Origin: Ostrea edulis | Lineage: Eukaryota | Reading direction: 5' to 3' | Assembly: GCF_947568905.1 (NCBI RefSeq) | Contig: NC_079170.1 | Span: forward strand, 46,872,001-46,936,000 | Length of the DNA stretch: 64,000 nt | Shown: positions 11,301-23,200 of the stretch, piece by piece | How the letters are laid out: each line of letters starts with the position of its first letter | Numbering within the stretch: position 1 is the stretch's first letter | Program-made: the position numbers and the translations under genes | Notes under the pieces: model-generated | What the model was told of the DNA's origin: nothing | Seen by the model: only the letters and a program-made list of their open reading frames with translations | Database searches by the model: none

Positions 11301-14300
11301 AAAACTACATACATATTCCACAGGGGGTTAAACCCATTTTAACCCAAAACCATAAATAAAGCTCAAAATCCTAAAAGCGGGGGGGGGGGGGGGGGGGGGT
11401 TTCAGTGCATGGAATCAATTCATCGTTTCAAACGTACATTTCCACTACGTTTTATTAATTACCTTAAATAAGTGGGAAGAGGGGGGAACCAGCCAGTGAA
11501 TCAAACTTGGCATATAAAAATAATCGTAAAAGTATATTACCCACTAAAGTGGATGAGGTCCCCTACCCATCAACCCCCTCTTGCTATGTGCCTGATTTAT
11601 CCAAAGAAACATGAAAATGAAAGTAGGTTTGAACATACGTCAGCGTCGTAAACAAAAGACAATACCGAGTATTTATCCACAGAGGCTTGATCATAAAAAT
11701 CTTCAATTTCCCTGCCTGATAAACGATTTTACAATTTCGGTCAACATCTAATGACTAACAAAGTAATGACAGTCCAATTCTACCAAAGTTAACGACTTTA
11801 TGCAATACCGTCAATCAAAGGTTTACAATGTTGAGAATTTTGTGTTAGTAAATTAGTGAAAGGTGTACATATTTATAAATTTTAAAATCTTAACCTATGG
11901 TGACACATCAATCACCGTTAATTCTGTAAATTACATATTGAGGAAAGATTTAAATCGTCCCAGATGCATTCCTTTGAGAACGCTTTGAACATATTGGTTT
12001 CTTTATAATTTTGTGGTTTGGTTCTACCCTCATTAATAAGCGCACAACTTTGGTTTGGTAAAAGTTGTCTAAATGAGTAAAAACAGAGAAAAGCCAAAAG
12101 GCTAAACAAAAGATATAAATCAAGAAATTTTAAAGAAGAACTGACAATGTGTAATAACAGTATTGTTGAAAGAAGATATAAGGAGGTATTAGATTTTAGT
12201 ATTAAGAAATATCGGATCAACTTAATGAAGAAAATACGAAACTTCCGTAGCTCTAACCCTAAAGAGTATTGGAAAATAATAAATCAAAGTATAATGGTAG
12301 TTATAGTGTTAGTATTTAAAAGACTTTAAAGCTGTTAATGATTGTAAGGAAAAAGATGTATATCAAGATGTTATACATCTTCGCAAGCCAAGTGTTTTCG
12401 GGCCGCTTCGCTCCCCACAAGCGGGGGAGCGAAGCGGACCGAAAACACTTGGCTTGCGAAGATGGATGTTATAGAACAGAATAATTTTGGTGACGAGTTT
12501 TTACTGAATGGAACAATCACTGATGCTGAAATACTTCAAGCTGTAAAATTGTGAAAATCAAACAAAAGTTCTGGAATAGATGAAATGTTGAATGAGTACA
12601 TTGTAGCCTCGATAAAATTGTTTCTACCTATTTACGTTCGCTTATTCGTTATATTCAGGAATTTTACCAGAGGCATGGTTGATTGGAAATATTATACCAA
12701 TCTATGAGAATAAAGGAAGCACGCCTGATCCGAACAGTTACGGAGCTATTACCCTATCAAGTTACATGGGTTAACTTTTCACTATAATTTTGTCCCGACG
12801 ACTCGATGATTTTTCTGAAAATTTTGATGTACTGAAAGAAAAATGAAACAGGCTTTAGAGATAAATATTCTACATTTGATAATATGTCTGTACTATATTC
12901 ATTTACTTTAATAGTTGTGTTTTTTCGCTTAAAGATAACTTTTTTATTCATTTATAGATTTCAAAGGTGCTCTTGATAATGTTTGAAGAGCAGGGTTATG
13001 GCGTAAATTATTACGGTACTTTTAACTTAAGATGTTATTGTAAATATATACAATGGATGTAAATCAAGAATAGCTTTAAATAATGAATTTTCAAATTATT
13101 TCTTATGTAAAATCGGTGTGAGACAAGGGGAAATTATCCCTCATCCTTTTTGTCTTGTTTCTTATTGGCCTTGAAAAGTACCTTATTGATAGAAATATTG
13201 AAGGGGTTGCGCTTATTTCTGAAGAAATGGAAAATGAGTTTTAAACATATTTTTTAAATAACGAATTTTATTACATTTTTTCATGTGAAAATTTAAAAGA
13301 CTTCCGAAAATGTATTCACCACAAAAATTTCATCGCAGACTAAATATTTAGAAATTTCACGATTTATTTTCTTCTACGAATTTCAATTTGTTATTGAATT
13401 TATCTAGATTTATTGAAACTATAAATGATGTGGTCAACCCTCCAAGTTGATTTGCCAATTAGATACTGTAATCTTTAATATTGAATATGTATCATATGTA
13501 CCTCAACACGCATGTATATATCTATTTTATTGTGATTATCTATGTACTTCCCTATATATCACATCTATTGAAATATTAGAATAAATGAATTTGAAAAAAG
13601 AAACAAACGTTTTCTTCAATCATGATGATACTTTGTGAAGTCAAGGGGGTCCGAACACCTCTGACTCTCCTCTAGATCCACGCACGGTTCATACATAATA
13701 TGCGTTTACATGTACATGTATCATATTACGCACAAAACACGCATAAGAAATTTCACAAATGAATTCTTGAATTCGGTCACTAGTACTTTATTTACATACT
13801 TACGATTAATCCATTTTGAAGAGCCCTTAAAGAATACCAGCCAGCTATTCCAAAGTGATTTGATCCTAAATGCAAAGCGAACAATTTTGACAACAGTGCA
13901 AACTTTCTGACCACAAAGTAAAAGGAATACAAGTTACCGTTTGGTTTTCGCGGCGTGTGACCCAACTGTATATGTAATCAACATACCTCGAACAGTGACC
14001 ATTCCTATCCCAGCCTCTTTCGCTTTTTGAATGGCTAAATCTACAGCGAACTTCCCAACAACGGGACCTATTACGTACAAAGATGTCCAGTAGTTAAATA
14101 TCGCGTACAAAGAAGTGCAGTAGTTAAATATCGCGTACAAGGAAGTGCAGTAGTTAAATCTCGTGCTTTCTGTATGCAGATCAGAGAAGACGAAAACAGG
14201 AATAGGAATTTATGTCTTAACTGTATGAGCTGTAAGTACTCCAAAACCTCGTTGTGTTTCATGTTGAGTTCGAGGGTGATATGCATCAAATATAAACGAT

Positions 14301-14628
14301 AATCTTACCCAATAAATTATGCCCCTCTACAAGAGCAGTTGCGACCGTTTGTTTGACGATTTCCGGCGATGTCCCGCCCCCTCGGCATATTCCTGATTTT
14401 AGTTCGCTTGAATACATATCTAAAATATATGTAGATCGATCATGTTTTTATTTTTGAAATATACATGCTTACAATATTTATGCATTGCACATTGGAGTTT
14501 ACATGGGTATTATTTGGCTCAGAGGAAAAGAAAAACTCTTTAAAAACTCAGCAATTTATAGTTGACACATTAAAAGAAAGGATGAGTCCGTTAAACGTCC
14601 GAAATCGGTCCCCATCAAACCAATGATC

Positions 14629-14668
<40 letters not shown>

Positions 14669-15300
14669 AACATTGTTCTTTCTTAATTTCAATTTTAGTT
14701 TTTAATTCCATGCACCATAATTTCCATAGTAACGAAGCATATTGTCCAATTGATTTGTTTTTTACATGAATATGGATATAAAATTTGCATTATCTTTTTT
14801 AATCACTGGTAATTATCTACAAGAAGACACATGCATTTTGTAAATGTCCAGCTCCTATATCTTGTTTTGAAAAGACTCCTTATATAATTAAGCCTATACA
14901 CTCTGCATGTACTAAGGTATACATTGTACTTATGTGATTATTTAACGATTGAACAGCACTTTTGAGCTGTTCATAGTCAATATGAACGGATTTGGATTTG
15001 AGGCAAATTCTGTGAATCGCGCTAGCAATTCAAATCGTACATAACGATTGGATTACAAGGCCCATGCAGTTGGACAATAATGAAAATGAAAGTAGGTTTG
15101 AACCCGCGTCGGCGTCGTAAACAAAAGACATTACCGAGTCTGTTCAATCCATGGCTGTAGTGTCCTCGATAATCAGCTGTAATGAGCAGATCCGCCAAAT
15201 CGGCTGCATGGTCTGGATCCGCCCCTGATGCTGTAATGCACCGGACCACAAAGTCTAAAAGCTCTTGTTTCGAAACTAGTATATCTCCCTCTGTCGCCAT
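5311..15300 (-). CDS. Type-2 malate/L-lactate dehydrogenase family (Ldh_2; YjmC/AllD/ComC-like) oxidoreductase, 12 exons, 358 aa
   Basis: Exons (minus): 15300-15135, 14419-14309, 14067-13987, 13865-13804, 10761-10708, 9428-9330, 9124-9059, 8897-8837, 8555-8437, 7889-7794, 6158-6045, 5358-5311. All introns are GT-AG with consistent phases; total 1077 nt. Family motifs: [68 protein letters not shown]. Confidence 0.93.
11900..13250 (+). mobile_element. Decayed LINE (L2/CR1/RTE-X-like) ORF2 remnant in dehydrogenase intron 4
   Basis: Broken frames encode [56 protein letters not shown] and IGVRQGE. Many stops and frameshifts. Confidence 0.75.
12376..12464. mobile_element. 89-bp hairpin (fold-back) MITE with 9-bp TSD
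   Basis: CATCTTCGCAAGCCAAGTGTTTTCG...CGAAAACACTTGGCTTGCGAAGATG is a near-perfect palindrome. Perfect TSD GATGTTATA at 12367-12375 and 12465-12473. Inserted in the LINE remnant. Confidence 0.88.
14072..14165. repeat. 30-bp tandem repeat x3 abutting a splice acceptor
   Basis: Unit CGTACAAAGAAGTGCAGTAGTTAAATATCG occurs three times immediately upstream (transcript sense) of dehydrogenase exon 3. Confidence 0.85.
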
Positions 15301-16165
15301 TTCAGGTTAAAATTTAGTATTTTCAATTGGAGTTGTCTCGCATTGTGTAGAAGATACACACGATACCCTGTATGCATTAATGATAAACTCATTTACGTCC
15401 TGAGGCGTAGTTTTGTTTGGCTCGGGTTGGCACATGCACGTGCCTACACATATTTTTCATTACACTTTCCCCCCATAAAAGTTTGCACAACATATGTTCA
15501 TACATAGTTTTAGTTTTTAAAAATTCAATAAAATCGTTATTCCGTTTTCATGACACGTGTACAGCATATTATATTCTTTGATCCGCTCACGTACGATCGT
15601 TGGTGAGCGGATCAAAGGATCTAATTCTAATAAGATTGAATCCGATAATAGATAATATGTATAAAAGTATGACCGTTACTGATCTGAGCGAAGCATGAAA
15701 TCGTCAGTGGCAAGGTCCATGTGATAAAAATATGAAAGGGGTATAGCGCACTTGGTATGCAACTTCGCCTACATAAATACCTTTTTCTTGAATATCATTT
15801 TTTACAAATAGTCTGCTATACAATGTCAGTTTATACTTGTGTTTACCCAAATTACTCAATAAAGATATCAATATGTCGATAGTATCTTTATTTGATAAGC
15901 ATAAACATCACCGTGATTATATAGAGTATATAGTAGATGTAACGTAATGGGCATAAAAAATTGCAAACTGTTGCAAAAGGCCACCTTAAACCAGAAATAA
16001 AACACTGAAATTGTTTTACGTGCTTATGACTGTATATAAGTCCGTTTGAGGAAATTTGGTTTAAGGTGGCCCTCTTGTTGAAAATGGATAAAATATGAAA
16101 AAATCGTACTCAAAATTTACCTTGAGATTTAGCAGCCTGTCAAAAGTTAAACCTTTAAACTTACA

Positions 16166-16282
16166 AGCCTGGGTGGCCTAGTGGTTTAGGTGCTCGGTAA
16201 TATTACACATAAACCATACATTCCCCGAGTTCAAGTCCAATATTTTTCCAATCTATTTTTTTTTTTTTTTTTTTTTTTTTTG
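16166..16282 (+). other. tRNA-like Pol III head remnant (A box, B box, poly-T); not a tRNA gene
   Basis: A-box-like TGGCCTAGTGGTT at ~16174, B-box-like GAGTTCAAGTCC at ~16227, followed by a long T run. No convincing cloverleaf. Confidence 0.4.
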
Positions 16283-17794
16283 CTTTTTTTTGTAGGGGGT
16301 CGTCTTCTTGATGGGGGTGTTTTTAAATGTAATACATATTAGTCATTTTCATCATAACTTCTAATATTTGCAAGTTACGACTTAAAGAAAGGGAATTTAT
16401 TCCGAGATCATTGTAGTTCCGCTTGTTTACACTAACATGTTCCTGTATGCAGAGGAATTTCAATCCGTAATGTGGCTGATGAAAAGCTTTAACAAATACT
16501 ACAAGAAAAAGGACACAAATGCACAGCATGTAATAAGTAAAAATAGGTCAAGGGAGGAAAAGAACTGTTATACAGTTTGACTTCTCAAAAAAAAATATAA
16601 AAACTCATGTTGCAACTGTCATATGATATTTAGGCAAAGATAAACACTCGAATCATCAACCAAAGGCAAATGAACTGATGACATCTATTAAAGACGCTGC
16701 AGTCATGTCAGAACAGTTAGTTAAGTAATGTCATATGTAAAAGGGTTGTTGTGTAAAATGAATGCACAGGTCTATGAAAATATTGTACTGTTCATCTTTC
16801 CAAATAGGAAAATGGTTTATTAAGTAAAGAACGACTCATATAAATGTCAGTAATGCTAAACTGCGGCAGTTATTTATCTTGGTTAACGAAACATCAAAAA
16901 CGTTGGCCTTATATTTAAATATAACACGCCAGTCTATTATTGGAAACCGGTGTTTTCCATTTAGATTTCTGAGTCGGCCGTATCGTCAGCAAATGCGCTA
17001 TACCTCTTTGTAAAATTCGGCAAATTAGAAATAGAAATATTAGTATTATCTCATTTTTATAAACATTATGAAATACCTTGTAACATCCAAATATGAAAGA
17101 TTTTTTGGTGTTGGTTTTCATAAGAGACTTTGGAAGGGTCCAATGAGGCTTGAGGGTGCCGTGTTACTTTTTGAGCCTTGTCTACTTCGCTCGTTTTTAG
17201 ATAAACTTAAGGCAATCACGATTGATAAACAGTTTAAAGATCTCTGAAAAGATGCACGATATTTTATGTCTATTGCAATTACTGTGATGTTTAGAATAGC
17301 GCAGATAAGTCCTAATATTTCAAAAATTTCTTGGGGGTGGTCCCGCTCGCGGTGCTTCAGTGAAACTCCCGGCCTACACATTCAAATAACCCTAGCTCCG
17401 CCCATGACGTCTCTTATTCAAAGATGACGAACCTGGCTTCTTTCTAGATTGAATTAACAAGACTAGAATACGTTTATTCTATTGATATAAGTCCTAAAAA
17501 TCAGAGGGGGGATATGATCCCCTGTGTAAAACGTATGATAAAACTGTTTGAAATTGTCATTTCATATACATATTGTAATGTCTAATTATTATTGGAGTTT
17601 GCCAATTATACAAAATACATTGTATCCCATATCTCCTTTGTTTTGTATAACCCCCCCCCCCTTTTCCATGTGAGTTACACTTCTACAGTGTGTGCCAACA
17701 TAAAAATTAAATTAACTATGTCAAAATATTATCGGATAATCTTGAATATTAACAAAAGTTCTATAAATTATTGAATATCCCCCATATGTGACTT

Positions 17795-18450
17795 AAAACA
17801 TGCGAGATGCAAGTTATATATATGTTGTCAAGATATTCGTGTTGACATGCAACTTATTTATATCGCCAATTTAATTCATGTTGACATGCAAGATAAATAG
17901 TTTGGCGTGCACCTTATATATATTATCATGGAACTTATTATATCGATATACACCTTTTTATGTCGACATGAAAGTTAATTTATGATGACATGCAATATTT
18001 TTCTCCATGTCAACTTAAAACATGTTGCATGACAACGTAAAAATTTTGCACATCGACATAATTCAATTGCATGTCGTCATACATACATGTATTTTGCCTA
18101 ATAACAATTATCTTGCCTGTCAGCATAACTATTTTGCGCGTAAACCGAAGTAAGACTAAAGTTGCATGTCAGCTAAAGTAAGTTATGTTCTATGTCATCG
18201 TCGGAACCCACTGGTTTTCTCTCCGTTAAACTTCATTCAACGCAGTTTAACGGAGAGAAAACCCGTGGGTTCCGACGATAGTTCTATGTCTACATAGCTA
18301 AATTCCATGGATGTCCATGAATAACTTGCATTATGCATGCATATTGCCCGTCACATTCAACCATTTATAGATTTTAGTTTATTCTATTCCAATCATAATT
18401 AACTTTTTGGGAAATAAAATTGTGTTGCATGCTGACATAGTTAAGTATCT
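17795..18450. mobile_element. Degenerate non-autonomous DNA element built from short modular repeats
   Basis: GTTGACATGCAA-type motifs recur in one orientation in the left part and inverted (TTGCATGTC) in the right part. Confidence 0.5.
18196..18280. mobile_element. 85-bp hairpin MITE with 9-bp TSD
   Basis: CATCGTCGGAACCCACTGGTTTTCTCTCCGTTAAACT...AGTTTAACGGAGAGAAAACCCGTGGGTTCCGACGATA. TSD GTTCTATGT at 18187-18195 and 18281-18289. Confidence 0.85.
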
Positions 18451-18564
18451 TACACGTGGACAGAATATGTAGAAAGGTAAGTCGCATGTGGGAGGGAAGA
18501 GAACTATGCCGTCACAGTTTAGGTATTCCGGTATATTTGATATGATATAATATTACATTATGTA

Positions 18565-18610
<46 letters not shown>
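18565..18610. repeat. (GT)n microsatellite
   Basis: Pure dinucleotide run, followed by a ~69-bp direct duplication at ~18660-18800. Confidence 0.9.
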
Positions 18611-18613
<3 letters not shown>

Positions 18614-19319
18614 ACTGAGATGTGTTCCATGTATACAGTCCTTCAAATAATATATAAGTATTGTACAAGTATACTTTTTGTCTCAATACACCGTGTACAT
18701 GTATGTACATGTATTTGTGTTGTTGTATTGTACAAGTATACTTTTTGTCTCAATACACCGTGTACATGTATGTACATGTATTTGTGTTGTTGTATTGTAC
18801 ATTATTTTGTTCGTTGCTGTGTTTATGATGATATATTGTATATGTTGTTTTTGGTAGAAGTGGATATTTCACAACTGGTTTAAAATTCTGTTATTCCTAT
18901 CATCTGCATTATGTAATAATTTCACAGCACAAAATACACGTATTGTGTTACATGTGGTATATTTCAGCTGAGTCAGCATATCACTTCTATTTTTATTCAT
19001 GATGAGTATATGTTCATTACTTATATAGACAGTATATCTCAATCTTGCTTTGTATTTTTGTCATTTAAGTCATACATATTCATTTATTATAATCCCCTTT
19101 TCGACCCTAACTTGGAATATTAAAGCACATCCTATGATATATTTAAGCCGTCAAAAATTGTTTTCCCACAGCATGTCGGATTAGGCAGGTTCCACTGTAC
19201 ATGTACATGTATTTGTGGACAAATCATAAATAAATGCAACACTACTACAATTACACAGAGCTTCTGACCCCTGAAATAAAATAAAAGGAATCCGTAATGA
19301 TGAAACTCACAAATATTCC

Positions 19320-19465
19320 CTGCATGTTGACCTACATATTTTAATAATTTTCGTGAATTTTGCCTAAATATGTTGACCTAATGATAAATGTTCATAAGTA
19401 TTGCCTTTATGTTGACCTAATAGTAAATGTTCGTAAATATTTCCTATGTATTGACCTAATATAAG
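19320..19465. repeat. Degenerate ~40-bp tandem repeat
   Basis: ATGTTGACCTA(A)T...AAATGTTC recurs about four times. Confidence 0.6.
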
Positions 19466-20074
19466 AGCTGTCCTTTTTCGTGAAATCAGTATATTACTAT
19501 ATCATCTCTACAACATGAATACGTTTACGCAATTTTAACCCAACAATATACGACCATATTAAAGCCCGAGTGGTATTTCAATAATCAAATTCATAAGATG
19601 AAAATCTTTATAAAACACTTGGACTTGCCCGACCGATGGCTGGCTTTCATAGGTCTTAGGTCTTTTAATCCTATTATTAAGAATTCTTTCTTGAACTTTA
19701 TATCCATACGTCGTAAACATGGACATGCAAACTCTATTAATATGTTGCCATTTTTCAGTCAGCGTGAATATCTAGCTACGATACAAAGTTATGTCTAACA
19801 ATAACATATTGCACTATATTACTGAAGAATTTAAAATTCAAAGCCCCCCAAAAAAATTTTTGAATGGCACTTTAGAAATATTAAATCTAACGGGATTCAT
19901 ATCAGGTCGAGTATTTTTGATCAACCAAATTTTAAAACGTTCCATATTTTTAGCATAACTAGCTTGTATTCGATTTTTTTCTCATTCTCTTCTTATCATA
20001 CGCTAACATTGCCACCTTGCGCCATGTGCATACTGTATGCAGTTGCAAGGTGATTAACAATTGCTGGAACCGTA

Positions 20075-20087
20075 GTCGCATGGCAAC
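20075..20087. promoter_or_regulatory. RFX X-box-like motif
   Basis: GTCGCATGGCAAC fits the RFX X-box pattern GTNRC(C)-N0-3-RGYAAC and lies ~185 bp upstream of the ATG at 20261. Confidence 0.5.
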
Positions 20088-20260
20088 CATGAACCCGATT
20101 TACCCGGCTTTGCGTTTTCTATCTCGGTTCCAAGCCTTTTTTACCTGAGATTGTTGTATACCAATAAGACTTTCACTTTTTTAAATCGGCTTGTATATAT
20201 CGATCAGTGTTAGTTTCTCACATCAGACGGACTATTAAGTGTAAAAAAAAAAAAATTATC

Positions 20261-23200
20261 ATGGAAGTTTCTCAAAGGCCCAGAACGACAGAGTAAGTAA
20301 TATAATTTTCATTACAGATTGAATAATGTTTTTAAAAAGTAAAATTTTGAATTTATATCTCTGAGGTTATACATCGGGCATGAAATTTAGAGTTGAAAAT
20401 TAACGCAACTGTTATACACATGAAAACAAATTTCTTCTGATTATGATCATACAACTTAACAAAAATATTCAAGTGTAATATAATAATGCAAGCCATTTTT
20501 ATTTACTGCCAAACAAATTTTTATTCATAATTTGGCACATTTCTATTTTTCATAGTATACCTAGGCCTTCACAGGCACGGTTTCGTTGCGATAGAGATAC
20601 AAACGAAAACCCCAACAGTGCACATATATATAAAATATTGATAACGATGTTCCCCTACAGCACTATGATTATTGATTAAACAATTGATAGTCATATTACT
20701 CTATAGACGTCTGACGTCATCGACAGGTCTTAACTACACTCGGTATTGTTTAACTGAAGTACAGACAGATAATAAAAGATTTATTTCACGCATTGACAGG
20801 CTATATATTTTGTGCCCCCCTCCCCCTTTCCTTCAATTTAGGATATTCTACAATTTATGTCTGTAATTATTTTCACCACGATTTTGTTCTCTTTTCACTT
20901 TTTTTCATGAGAAATTTGTTCTCACAGGTAATAATTTATTTAGAAAATATTGATAACACCTGTGAAGAATTGCTTTTCTTCAATAGATAAAACTGATTAT
21001 ATCAATAAAATGATGCATCACACGATGTGGTGCATTTCATTGAGTCGATTTAAAACCTTGTAAATCCTTCTTTTACGATCTCTGTTAAGAGAGGATTCAA
21101 TTCAGCGACATTTGGCAAGCAGGGAGCAAAAGCTGGCCATAACGTACGATTTAATTATCACTTTGTAAGAGAAAAATATCATCCACGCATACTTTTTTTT
21201 TAAATGCATGTCTTTTTATTTCTCTGAAAGTAAATAAGATCCTTGGCAAGGTAAAAAAAAAAAAAAAAAAATACAGTCATAAATGTTTTTAAGCTGATAA
21301 AATAAGATGTAGACATTTTGGAGTTTGATCTGTTGGTGTTCGCTAAATTCTGTAACGCGATTAACGCTGTACATAAACCTTCATGTATTTACCATCTAGT
21401 ATTTTAATTTGGGAGGGCAATGCTACAGGTGTACCAAACACTAGGAAGGGGGTTCTTGGTTCCGCTCCCGAAACAATCGCTACACCCAAATTAGCACTCA
21501 CTGCGTCACCTGGCAGAGCTCTGTATGCACCATAAATCATCCAAGCAAAGTATAATCTTCGGTTCAGACCAAGTGATTAAAACTTGATAAATGATGTCAT
21601 CTGGTTAAGTTTTCGTTTCTATTGAGATATCTGGGATGTCATTTAAGAAATTGACATGTTTCTTTGTTACAGGTTGGATACAGTATTTGTGAAAAACAAT
21701 TTCAAATGAGAATTTTACATAACATATTGGCAGAGCTGTATCTATACTAATCAAGTTGCATACAAGGATGTCACAATCTTATCAATATTTGTCTTTGAGA
21801 TTTGCTCATTTTTTAAATCAATTTTTAGATAGTGTCAAAAATATGGCGGTGATTGGGAACCATTCAAATATGGACTGTACTCTAAATTAAATACCTTTAT
21901 ATGTTATATGTTCTTATTTAACTACTGTATCATGATATCAATCCAATCAAGCCTGAAGCGTCAAAATAAGGGCACCCCTCAACCACGCCGCATTTTGAGA
22001 ACCGAAATTTGAAGAAGAAGAAGAAAACGTACCGATCGAGAACTTTTTACTCTTACACAGCATTAGGTGAAGTACCGCGTATACACACACCACCAACTTT
22101 AGATGAAGTACCACTTATACACACACCACCAACTTTAGATGAAGTACCACTTATACATACACCACCAGCATTAGATGAAGTACCACTTATACACACACCA
22201 CCAGCTTTAGATGAAGTACCACGTATACACACACCACCAGCATTAGATGACGTACCACTTATACACACACCACCAGCTCTAGATGAAGTACCACTTTTAC
22301 ACACACCACCAGCATTAGATGAAGACCACTTATATACACACCACCAGCTTTAGATGACGTACCACTTATACACACACCACCAGCTCTAGATGAAGTACCA
22401 CTTTTACACACACCACCAGCATTAGATGAAGTACCACTTATATACACACCACCAGCTTTAGATGAAGTACCACTTATACACACACCACCAGCTCTAGATG
22501 AAGTACCACTTTTACAAACACCACCAGCTCTAGATGAAGTACCACTTTTACACACACCACCAGCTTTAGATGAAGTACCACTTTTACACACTTTAGAAGA
22601 AGTACCACGTATACACACACCACCAGCATTAGATGAAGCACCACTTATATACACACCACCAGCTTTAGATGAAGTATCACTTATATACACACCACCAGCT
22701 TTAAATGAAGTACCACTTTTGACCTATATATATGTATGACGTTCCGTCTTCGCTAGCCAAGAGTGACGCTCCACGGTGTTTCTCTTTTCAAATGAACCGA
22801 GAAACACCGTGGCCCATCACCCTTGGCTAGCGAAGATGGGTGAGCAAAGAATAGAGAAACACCATGGAGCGTCACCCTTGGCCAGCGAAGATTGACGCTC
22901 AACATGCTAAGCCATCAAGTCCACGCCTACTGTGACACGGGACTAGCTCCGTTTTAAGGTCATATCCAAAAGAATCGTGACGCTCGTTTCTAACGCCGGG
23001 ACGTTTGACAAAGGAATATACACAGCCCTAGGTTTGACGCGGGATAGAGAGTCGAACCCAGGATATACCACTTGCAAATCAAACGCCCAAACTACTCGAC
23101 TAAAGAGAAAAAAGTGCAAGAGATAGATCATTCTGATCTGTTGGGCACCAGAATCGTTCTTGGATCTATTAACCTAATAAAAGAAATGAAAGAATGATAT

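Noticed and set aside
22009-22690. Repeat proteins (DEVPLIHTPPAL)n and (GTSSKAGGVCIS)n
   Set aside because: A by-product of the 36-bp minisatellite. Frames break at indel units and there are no supporting splice sites.
22066-22720. CRISPR-like array
   Set aside because: Units are contiguous with no unique spacers, and the context is eukaryotic.
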